Assembly: GCA_030390025.1 (NCBI GenBank)
Contig: JASTWF010001162.1
Location: forward strand, 62,001-111,073
Source: Squalus acanthias
Lineage: Eukaryota
Direction: 5' to 3'
Length of the DNA: 49,073 bases
Shown here piece by piece: positions 11,479-23,800 of the stretch. Every line of letters begins with the position of its first letter. The first letter of the stretch is position 1. Made by a program: the position numbers and the translations under genes. The notes beneath the pieces were generated by a model. The model searched no databases. It was given only the letters and a program-made list of their open reading frames with translations, and had not been told where the DNA came from.

Positions 11479-11784
11479 ATTCCAGTTTCTCGGTGTCACA
11501 GGGTCCGCCTCTACAATCCTCTGCTGCCGGTGACACCGTTTCTTTAAGCTGCGAATATTCAGGGTTCTGTCAGCACACAGTACACTGGTACCGTCAGTCC
11601 CCAGGACAGGCTCCGAAATACTTGCTTCAGAGACACACTTCAGGAGAGGGGAATAAAGAAAACGCTGCCGAGGGCCGAATTTCTGCTTCTGTCGATGGTG
11701 CGCAGAAAATCAGCCGCTTAAACATCGCGAAACTGCAACTGAGTGACTCCGCTGTGTATTACTGTGCACTGAGTCCGCGCACAG
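11479..11784 (+). CDS. TRDV: TCR-delta V segment of the NAR-TCR supporting type: intact V exon, no leader found, extra Cys in CDR1
   Basis: Acceptor TTTTAATCCTGCAG| ends at 11478. The exon reads (D)SSFSVSQGPPLQSSAAGDTVSLSCEYSGFCQHTVHWYRQSPGQAPKYLL...LQLSDSAVYYCALSPRT, with canonical Cys, WYRQ and YYC. It is in frame with the upstream J donor and followed by an RSS. Confidence 0.88.
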
Positions 11785-11823
11785 CACAGTGAAACAGAGC
11801 ACGGAGAGAGCCGTCCAAAAACC
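11785..11823 (+). promoter_or_regulatory. 23-bp-spacer RSS of the supporting V-delta; also the first unit of the array
   Basis: CACAGTG (11785-11791) + AAACAGAGCACGGAGAGAGCCGT (23 bp) + CCAAAAACC (11815-11823, 8/9). Confidence 0.95.
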
Positions 11824-14800
11824 TGAACATGGTGGGGATTACACACACACAGTGATACAGAGCACGGAGAGAGTTCACAAACCTGAACATGGTGGGGATT
11901 AGACACACAGTGATACAGAGCACGGAGAGAGTTCACAAACCTGAACATGATGGGGATTACAGACACACAGTGATACAGAGCACGGACAGAGTTCACAAAC
12001 CTGAACATGGTGGGGATTACAGACCCACAGCGATAGAGAGCACGGAGAGAGTTCACAAACCTGAACTTGGTGGGGATTACAGACACACAGTGATACAGAG
12101 CACGGAGAGAGTTCACAAACCTGAACATGGTGGGGATTACACACACACAGTGATAGAGAGCACGGAGAGAGTTCACAAACCTGTACATGGTGGGGATTAC
12201 AGACACACAGTGATAGAGAGCACGGGGAGAGTTCACAAACCTGAACATGATGGGGATTACAGACACACAGTGATACAGAGCACGGAGAGAGTTCACACAC
12301 CTTAACATGGTGAGGATTACAGACAGACAGTGATACAGAGCACAGAGAGAGTTCACAAACCTGAACATGGTGGGGATTACAGACACACAGTGACACAGAG
12401 CACGGACAGAGTTCACAAACCTGAACATGGTGGGGATTACACACACACAGTGATACAGAGCACGGAGAGAGTTCACAAACCTGAACATGGTGGGTATTAC
12501 AGACACACAGCGATAGAGAGCACGGAGAGAGTTCACAAACCTGAACATGGTGGGGATTACAGACACACAGTGATACAGAGCACGGAGAGAGTTCACAAAC
12601 CTGAACATGGTGGGGATTACAGACACACAGTGATAGAGAGCACGGAGAGAGTTCACAAACCTGTACATGGTGGGGATTACAGACACACAGTGATAGAGAG
12701 CACGGAGAGAGTTCACAAACCTGAACAGGATGGGGATTACAGACACACAGTGATACACAGCACGGAGAGAGTTCACACACCTTAACATGGTGAGGATTAC
12801 AGACAGACAGTGATACAGAGCACAGAGAGAGTTCACAAACCTGAACATGGTGGGGATTACAGACACACAGTGACACAGAGCACGGACAGAGTTCACAAAC
12901 CTGAACATGGTGGGGATTACAGACACACAGTGATACAGAGCACGGAGAGAGTTCACAAACCTGAACATGGTGAGGATTACAGACACACAGTGATACAGAG
13001 CACGGGGAGAGTTCACAAACCTGAACATGGTGGGGATTACAGACAAACAGTGACACAGAGCACGGAGAGAGTTCACAATCCTGAACATGGTGGGGATAAC
13101 AGACACACAGTGATACAGAGCACGGAGAGACTTCACAAACCTGAAAATGGTGGGGATTACAGACACACAGTGATACAGAGCACGGGGAGAGTTCACAAAC
13201 CTGAACATGGTGGGGATTACAGACACACAGCGATAGCGAGCACGGAGATAATTCACAAACCTGAACATTGTGGGGATTACAGACACAAAGTGACAGAGAG
13301 CACGGAGAGAGTTCACAAACCTGAACATTGTGGGGATTACAGACACAAAGTGATAGAGAGCACGGAGAGAGTTCACAAACCTCAACATTGTGGGGATTAC
13401 AGATACAGAGCGATAGAGAGCACGGAGAGAGTTCACAAACCTGAACATGGTGAGGATTACAGACACACAGTGATAGAGAGCACGGAGAGAGTTCACAAAC
13501 CTGAACATGGTGGGGATTACAGACACACAGTGATAGAGAGCACGGAGAGAGTTCACAAACCTGAACATGGTGGGGATTACAGACACACAGTGATAGAGAG
13601 CACGGAGAGAGTTCACAAACCTGAACATGGTGGGGATTACAGACACACAGTGATACAGAGCACGGTTAGAGTTCACAAACCTGAACATGGTGGGGATTAC
13701 AGACACACAGTGATACAGAGCACGGAGAGAGTTCCCAAACCTGAACATGGTGGGGATTACAGACACACAGCGATAGAGAGCACGGAGAGAGTTCACAAAC
13801 CTGAACATTGTGGGGATTACAGACACACAGTGATAGAGAGCACGGAGAGAGTTCACAAACCTGAACATGGTGGGGATTACAGACACACAGTGATAGAGAG
13901 CACGGAGAGAGTTCACAAACCTGAACATGGTGAGGATTACAGACACACAGTGATACAGAGCACGGAGAGAGTTCACAAACCTGAACATGGTGGGGATTAC
14001 AGACACACAGTGATAGAGAGCACGGAGAGAGTTCACAAACCTGAACATGGTGGGGATTACAGACACACAGTGATAGAGAGCACGGAGAGAGTTCACAAAC
14101 CTGAACATGGTGGGGATTACAGACACACAGTGATACAGAGCACGGAGAGAGTTCACAAACATGAACATGGTGAGGATTACAGACACACAGTGATACAGAG
14201 CACGGAGAGAGTTCACAAACCTGAACATGGTGAGGATTACAGACACACAGTGATAGAGAGCACGGAGAGAGTTCACAAACCTGAACATGGTGGGGATTAC
14301 AGACACACAGTGATAGAGAGCACGGAGAGAGTTCACAAACCTGAACATGGTGAGGATTACAGACACACAGTGATAGAGAGCACGGAGAGAGTTCACAAAC
14401 CTGAACATGGTGGGGATTACAGACACACAGTGATACAGAGCACGGAGAGAGTTCACAAACCTGAACATGGTGGGGATTACAGACACACAGTGATACAGAG
14501 CACGGAGAGAGTTCACAAACCTGAACATGGTGGGGATTACAGACACACAGTGATACAGAGCACGGAGAGAGTTCACAAACCTGAACATGGTGAGGATTAC
14601 AGACACACAGTGATACAGAGCACGGAGAGAGTTCACAAACCTGAACATGGTGGGGATTACAGACACACAGTGATACAGAGCACGGAGAGAGTTCACAAAC
14701 CTGAACATGGTGGGGATTACAGACACACAGTGATACAGAGCACGGAGAGAGTTCACAAACCTGAACATGGTGAGGATTACAGACACACAGTGATACAGAG

Positions 14801-17800
14801 CACGGAGAGAGTTCACAATCCTGAACATGGTGAGGATTACAGACGCACAGTGATACAGAGCACAGAGAGAGTTCACAAACCTGAACATGGTGGGGATTAC
14901 AGACACACAGTGATAGAGAGCACGGAGAGAGTTCACAAACCTGAACATGGTGGGGATTACAGACACACAGTGATACAGAGCACGGATAGAGTTCACAAAC
15001 CTGAACATGGTGGGGATTACAGACACACAGTGATAGAGAGCCCGGAGAGAGTTCACAAACCTGAACATGGTGAGGATTACCGACAGGCAGTGATACAGAG
15101 CACGGAGAGAGTTCACAAACCTGAGCATGATGTGGATTGCAGACTCACAGTGATAGAGAGCACGGAGAGCGTTCACAAACCTGAACATGGTGGGGATTAC
15201 AGACACACAGCGATACAGAGCACGGAGAGAGTTCACAAACCTGAACATGGTGGGGATTACAGACACACAGTGATAGAGAGCACGGAGAGAGTTCACAAAC
15301 CTGAACATTGTGGGGATTACAGACACAAAGTGATAGAGAGCACGGAGAGAGTTCACAAACCTGAACATGGTGGGGATTACAGACACAAAGTGATAGAGAG
15401 CACGGAGAGAGTTCACAAACCTGAACATTGTGGGGATTACAGACACACAGCGATAGAGAGCACGGAGAGAGTTCACAAACCTGAACATGGTGGGGATTAC
15501 AGACAAACAGTGATACAGAGCACAGAGAGAGTTCACAAACCTGAACATGGTGAGGATTACAGACTCACCGTGATACAGAGCACGGAGAGAGTTCACAAAC
15601 CTGAACATGGTGAGGATTACAGACACACAGTGATAGAGAGCACGCAGAGAGTTCACAAACCTGAAGATGAGCTGGATTACAGACTCACAGTGATACAGAG
15701 CACGGAGAGAGTTCACAAACCTGAACATTGTGTGGATTACAGACTCACGGTGATACAGAGCACGGAGAGAGTTCACAAACCTGAACATGGTCTGGATTAC
15801 AGACTCACAGTGATACAGAGCACGGAGAGAGTTCACAAACCTGAACATGGTGAGGATTACAGACACTCAGTGATACAGAGCACGGAGAGAGTTCACAAAC
15901 CTGAACATGGTGGGGATTACAGACACACAGTGATACAGAGCACAGAGAGAGTTCACAAACCTGAACATGCTGGGGATTACAGACACACAGTGATACAGAG
16001 CACGGAGAGAGTTCACAAACCTGAACATGGTGAGGATTACAGACACACAGTGATACAGAGCATGGAGAGAGTTCACAAACATGAACATGGTGGGGATTAC
16101 AGACACACAGTGATACAGAGCACAGAGAGAGTTCACAAACCTGAACATGGTGGGGATTACAGACACACAGTGATACAGAGCACGGAGAGAGTTCACAAAC
16201 CTGAACATGGTGAGGATTACAGACACACAGTAATACAGAGCACGGAGAGAGTTCACAATCCTGAACATGGTGAGGATTACGGACGCACAGTGATACAGAG
16301 CACGGAGAGAGTTCACAAACCTGAACATGGTGGGGATTACAGACACACAGTGATAGAGAGCACGGAGAGAGTTCACAAACCTGAACATGGTGGGGATTAC
16401 AGACACGCAGTGATAGAGAGCACGGAGAGAGTTCACAAACCTGAACATGATGGGGATTACAGACGCACAGTGATGCAGAGCACGGAGAGAGTTCACAAAC
16501 CTGAACATGATGGGGATTACAGACACACAGTGATACAGAGCACGGAGAGTGTTCGCAATCCTAAACATGGTGGGGATTACAGACTCACAGTGAAACAGAG
16601 CACGGAGAGAGTTCACAAACCTGTACATGGTGAGGATTACAGTCACAGTGATACAGAGCACGGAGAGAGTTCACAAACCTGAACATGGTGAGGATTACAG
16701 ACACACAGTGATACAGAGCACGGAGAGAGTTCACAAACCTGAACATGGTGGGGATTACAGACACACAGTGATACAGAGCACGGAGAGAGTTCACAAACCT
16801 GAACATGGTGGGGATTACAGAGACACAGTGATACAGAGCACGGAGAGAGTTCACAAACCTGAACATGGTGAGGATTACAGACACACAGTGATAGAGAGCA
16901 CGGAGAGAGTTCAGAAACCTGAACATGGTGGGGATTACAGACACACAGTGATAGAGAGCACGGAGAGAGTTCACAAACCTGAACATGGTGGGGATTACAG
17001 ACACACAGTGATAGAGAGCACGGAGAGAGTTCACAAACCTGAACATGGTCGGGATTACAGACACACAGTGATACAGAGCACGGAGAGAGTTCACAAACCT
17101 GAACATGGTGGGGATTACAGACACACAGTGATACAGAGCACGGAGAGAGTTCACAAACCTGAACATGGTGGGGATTACAGACACACAGTGATACAGAGCA
17201 CGGAGAGAGTTCACAAACCTGAACATGGGGGGATTACAGACACACAGTGACAGACAGCACGGAGAGAGTTCACAAACCTGAACATGGTGGGGATTACAGA
17301 CACACAGTGATAGAGAGCACGGTGAGAGTTCACAAACCTAAACATGGTGGGGATTACAGACACACAGTGTTACAGAGCCACGGAGAGAGTTCACAAACCT
17401 GAACATTGTGGGGATTACAGAGACACAGTGATACAGAGCACGGAGAGAGTTCACAAACCTGAACATGGTGGGGATTACAGACACACAGTGATGCAGAGCA
17501 CGGAGAGATTTCACAAACCTGAACATGGTGGGATTACAGACACACAGTGACAGAGCACAGGAGAGAGTTCACAAACCTGAACATGGTGGGGATTACAGAC
17601 ACAGTGATACAGAGCACGGAGAGAGTTCACAGACCTGAACATGGTGGGGATTACAGACACAGTGATACAGAGCACGGAGAGAGTTCACAAATCTTAACAT
17701 GGTGGGGAATACAGAGACACAGTGATACAGAGCACGGAGAGAGTTCACAAACCTGAACATGGTGGGGATTACAGAGACACAGTGATACAGAGCACGGAGA

Positions 17801-20800
17801 GAGTTCACAAACCTGAACATGCTGAGGATTACAGACCACGGAGGGATTTCACAAACCTGAACATGATGGGGATTACAGACACAGAGTGATACAGAGCACG
17901 GAGAGAGTTCACAAATCTAAACATGTTGAGGATTACAGACACAGTGATACAGAGCACGGAGAGAGTTCACAAACCTGAACATGGTGGGGATTACAGACAC
18001 ACAGTGATACAGAGCACGGAGAGAGTTCACAAACCTGAACATGGTGGGGATTACAGACACACAGTGATACAGAGCACGGAGAGAGTTCACAAACCTGAAC
18101 ATGGTGGGGATTACAGACACTCAGTGATACAGAGCACGGAGAGAGTTCAAAAACCTGAACATGGTGAGGATTACAGACACAGTGATACAGAGCACGCAGA
18201 GAGTTTACAAACCTGAACATGGTGAGGATTATAGACACACAGTGAAACAGTGCACGGAGAGAGTTCACAAACCTGAACATGGTGGGAATTACAGACACAC
18301 AGTGATACAGGGCACGGAGAGAGTTCACAAACCTGAACATGGTGGGGATTACAGACACACAGTGATACAGAGCACGGAGAGAGTTCACAAACCTGAACAT
18401 GGTGAGGATTACAGACACACAGTGATAGAGAGCACGGAGAGAGTTCACAAACCTGAACATGGTGGGGATTACAGACACACAGTGATACAGAGCACGGAGA
18501 GAGTTCACAAACCTGAACATGGTGGGGATTACAGACACACAGTGATACAGAGCACGGAGAGAGTTCACAAACCTGAACATGGTGGGGATTACAGACACAC
18601 AGTGATACAGAGCACGGAGAGAGTTCACAAACCTGAACATGGTGGGGATTACAGACACACAGTGATACAGAGCACGGAGAGAGTTCACAAACCTGAACAT
18701 GGTGGGGATTACAGACACACAGTGATAGAGAGCACGGAGAGAGTTCACAAACCTGAACATGGTGGGGATTACAGACACACAGTGATAGAGAGCACGGAGA
18801 GAGTTCACAAACCTGAACATGGTGGGGATTGCAGGCACACAGTGATAGAGAGCACGGAAGAGTTCACAAACCTGTACATGGTGAGGATTACAGTCACAGT
18901 GATACAGAGCACGGAGAGAGTTCACAAACCTGAACATGGTGAGGATTACAGACACACAGTGATACAGAGCACGGAGAGAGTTCACAAACCGGAACATGGT
19001 GGGGTTAATGACACACAGTGATAGAGAGCACGAGAGAGTTCACAAACCTGAACATGGTGGGGATTACAGACACACAGTGATACAGAGCACGGAGAGAGTT
19101 CACAAACCTGAACTTGGTGGGGATTACAGACACAGTGATACAGAGCCCGGAGAGAGTTCACAAACCTGAACATGGTGAGGATTACAGACACACAGTGATA
19201 CAGAGCACGGAGAGAGTTCACAAACCTGAACATGGCCTGGATTACGGACTCACAGTGATACAGAGCACGGAGAGAGTTCACAAACCTGAACATGGTGGGG
19301 ATTACAGACACAGTGATACAGAGCACGGAGAGAGTTCACAAACCTGAACATGGTGAGGATTACAGACACACAGTGATACAGAGCACGGAGAGAGTTCACA
19401 AACCTGAACATGGTGGAGATTACAGACGCACAGTGATACAGAGCACGGAGAGAGTTCACAAACCTGAACATGGTGGGGATTACAGACACACAGTGATACA
19501 GAGCACGGAGAGAGATCACAAACCTGAACATGGTGGGGATTACAGACACACAGCGATAGAGAGCACGGAGAGAGATCACAAACCTGAACATGGTGGGGAT
19601 TAAAGACACACAGTGATAGAGAACACAGAGAGTGTTCACAAACCTGAACATGGTGGGGATTACAGACACACAGTGACACTGAGCACGGAGAGAGTTCACA
19701 AACCTTTACATGGTGGGGATTACAGACACACAGTGATACAGAGCACGGAGAGAGTTCACAAACCTGAACATGGTGAGGATTACAGACACACAGTGATACA
19801 GAGCACGGAGAGAGTTCACAAACCTGAACATGATGGGGATTACAGACACACACAGTGATACAGAGCACGGAGAGAGTTCACAAACTGAACATGGTGAGGA
19901 TTACAGACACACAGTGATTGAGAGCACGGAGAGAGTTCACAAACCTGAACATGGTGGGGATTACAGACACACAGTGATACAGAGCACGGAGAGAGTTCAC
20001 AAACCTGAACATGGTGGGGATTACAGACACAGTGATACAGAGCACGGAGAGAGTTCACAAACCTGAGCATGGTGGGCATTACAGACACAGTGATACAGAG
20101 CACGGAGAGAGTTCACAAACCTGAACATGGTGAGGATTACAGACACACAGTGATACAGAGCACGGAGAGAGTTCACAAACCTGAACATGGTGGAGATTAC
20201 AGACGCACAGTGATACAGAGCACGGAGAGAGTTCACAAACCTGAACATGGTGGGCATTACAGACACAGTGATACAGAGCACGGAGTGAGTTCACAAACCT
20301 GAACATGGTGGGGATTACAGACACACAGTGATACAGAGCAGGGAGAGAGTTCACAAACCTGGACATGGTGGGGATTACAGACAGTGAGACAGAGCACGGA
20401 GAGAGTTCACAAACCTGAACATGGTGAGGATTACAGACTCACAGTGATAGAGAGCACAGAGAGAGTTCACAAACCTGAACATGGTGAGGATTACAGACAC
20501 ACAGTGATACAGAGCACGGAGAGAGTTCACAAACCTGAACATGGCCTGGATTACAGGACTCACAGTGATACAGAGCACGGAGAGAGTTCACAAACCTGAA
20601 CCTGGCCTGGACTACAGCCTCACAGTGATACAGAGCACGGAGAGAGTTCACAAACCTGAACATGGTGAGGATTACAGACACACAGTGATACAGAGCACGG
20701 AGAGAGTTCACAAACCTGAACATGATGGGGATTACAGACACACAGTGATACAGAGCACGGAGAGAGTTCACAAACCTGATCATGGTGAGGATTACAGACA

Positions 20801-23800
20801 CACAGTGATATAGAGCACGGAGAGAGTTCACAAACCTGAACATGGTGGGGATTACAGACACACAGTGATACAGAGCACGGAGAGAGTTCACAAACCTGAA
20901 CATGGGGGGGATTACAGACACACAGTGACAGACAGCACGGAGAGAGTTCACAAACCGGAACATGGTGGGGTTAATGATACACAGTGATAGAGAGCACGAG
21001 AGAGTTCACAAACCTGAACATGGTGGGGATTACAGACACACAGTGATACAGAGCACGGAGAGAGTTCACAAACCTGAATTTGGTGGGGATTACAGACACA
21101 CAGTGATACAGAGCAGGGAGAGAGTTCACAAATCTGGACATGGTGGGGATTACAGACAGTGAGACAGAGCACGGAGAGAGTTCACAAACCTGAACATGGT
21201 GAGGATTACAGACACACAGTGATAGAGAGCACGGAGAGAGTTCACAAACCTGAACATGGTGAGGATTACAGACACACAGTGATACAGAGCACGGAGAGAG
21301 ATCACAAACCTGAACATGGTGGGGATTACAGACACACAGTGATAGAGAGCACGGAGAGAGATCACAAACCTGAACATGGTGGGGATTACAGACACACAGT
21401 GATGCAGAGCACGGAGAGAGTTCACAAACCTGAACATGGTGGGGATTACAGACACACAGTGATACAGAGCACGGAGAGAGTTCACAAACTGAACATGGTG
21501 AGGATTACAGACACACAGTGATACAGAGCACGGAGAGAGTTCACAAACCTGAACATGATGGGGATTACAGACACACACAGTGATACAGAGCACGGAGAGA
21601 GTTCACAAACTGAACATGGTGAGGATTACAGACACACAGTGATTGAGAGCACGGAGAGAGTTCACAAACCTGAACATGGTGGGGATTACAGACACACAGT
21701 GATACAGAGCACGGAGAGAGTTCACAAACCTGAACATGGTGGGGATTACAGACACAGTGATACAGAGCACGGAGAGAGTTCACAAACCTGAACATGGTGA
21801 GGATTACAGACACACAGTGATACAGAGCACGGAGAGAGTTCACAAACCTGAACATGGTGAGGATTACAGACACACAGTGATAGAGAGCACGGAGAGAGTT
21901 CACAAACCTGAACATGGTGGGGATTACAGACACACAGTGATACAGAGCACGGAGAGAGTTCACAAACCTGAACATGGTGGGGATTACAGACACAGTGATA
22001 CAGAGCACGGAGAGAGTTCACAAACCTGAACATGGTGGGGATTACAGACACAGTGATACAGAGCACGGAGAGAGTTCACAAACCTGAACATGGTGAGGAT
22101 TACAGACACACAGTGATAGAGAGCACGGAGAGAGTTCACAAACCTGAACATGGTGAGGATTACAGACACACAGTGATACAGAGCACGGAGAGAGTTCACA
22201 AACCTGAACATGGCCTGGATTACAGACTCACAGTGATACAGAGCACGGAGAGAGTTCACAAACCTGAACCTGGCCTGGACTACAGCCTCACAGTGATACA
22301 GAGCACGGAGAGAGTTCACAAACCTGAACATGGTGAGGATTACAGACACACAGTGATACAGAGCACGGAGAGAGTTCACAAACCTGAACATGGTGGGGAT
22401 TACAGACACACAGTGATACAGAGCACGGAGAGAGTTCACAAACCTGAACATGGTGAGGATTACAGACACACAGTGATATAGAGCACGGAGAGAGTTCACA
22501 AACCTGAACATGGTGGGGATTACAGACACACAGTGATACAGAGCACGGAGAGAGTTCACAAACCTGAACATGGTGGGGTTACAGACACACAGTGATAGAG
22601 AGCACGAGAGAGTTCACAAACCTGAACATGGTGGGGATTACAGACACACAGTGATACAGAGCACGGAGAGAGTTCACAAACCTGAATTTGGTGGGGATTA
22701 CAGACACACAGTGATACAGAGCAGGGAGAGAGTTCACAAATCTGGACATGGTGGGGATTACAGACAGTGAGACAGAGCACGGAGAGAGTTCACAAACCTG
22801 AACATGGTGAGGATTACAGACACACAGTGATAGAGAGCACGGAGAGAGTTCACAAACCTGAACATGGTGAGGATTACAGACACACAGTGATACAGAGCAC
22901 GGAGAGAGATCAGAAACCTGAACATGGTGGGGATTACAGACACACAGCGATAGAGAGCACGGAGAGAGATCACAAACCTGAACATGGTGGGGATTACAGA
23001 CACACAGTGATAGCAGAGCACGGAGAGAGTTCACAAACCTGAACATGGTGGGGATTACAGACACACAGTGACACTGAGCACGGAGAGAGTTCACAAACAT
23101 TTACATGGTGGGGATTACAGACACACAGTGATACAGAGCACGGAGAGAGTTCACAAACCTGAACATGGTGAGGATTACAGACACACAGTGATAGAGAGCA
23201 CGGAGAGAGTTCACAAACCTGAACATGGTGGGGATTACAGACACGCAGTGATACAGAGCACGGAGAGAGTTCACAAACCTGAACATGGTGGGGATTACAG
23301 ACACAGTGATACAGAGCACGGAGAGAGTTCACAAACCTGAACATGGTGAGGATTACAGACACACAGTGATACAGAGCACGGAGAGAGTTCACAAACCTGA
23401 ACATGGTGGAGATTACAGACGCACAGTGATACAGAGCACGGATAGAGTTCACAAACCTGAACATGGTGGGGTTTACAGACACACAGCGATAGAGAGCACG
23501 GAGAGATATCACAAACCTGAACATGGTGGGGATTACAGACACACAGCGATAGAGAGCACGGAGAGAGATCACGAACCTGAACATGGTGGGGATTAAAGAC
23601 ACACAGTGATAGAGAACACAGAGAGTGTTCACAAACCTGAACATGGTGGGGATTACAGACACACAGTGATACAGAGCACGGAGAGAGTTCACAAACCTGA
23701 ACATGATGGGGATTACAGACACACAGTGATACAGAGCACGGAGAGAGTTCACAAACTGAACATGGTGAGGATTACAGACACACAGTGATAGAGAGCACGG

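Noticed and set aside
11718-15866. 1382-aa minus-strand ORF of [20 protein letters not shown] repeats
   Set aside because: Only 3 of 180 single-base changes in this frame of the unit create a stop, so long open frames are expected without selection. It also runs antisense into the V exon.
12810-16682. 1290-aa plus-strand ORF of [20 protein letters not shown] repeats and its many downstream equivalents
   Set aside because: A product of the 60-bp period. It has no unique domain, is out of frame with the V exon, and is broken by stops and frameshifts elsewhere in the array.
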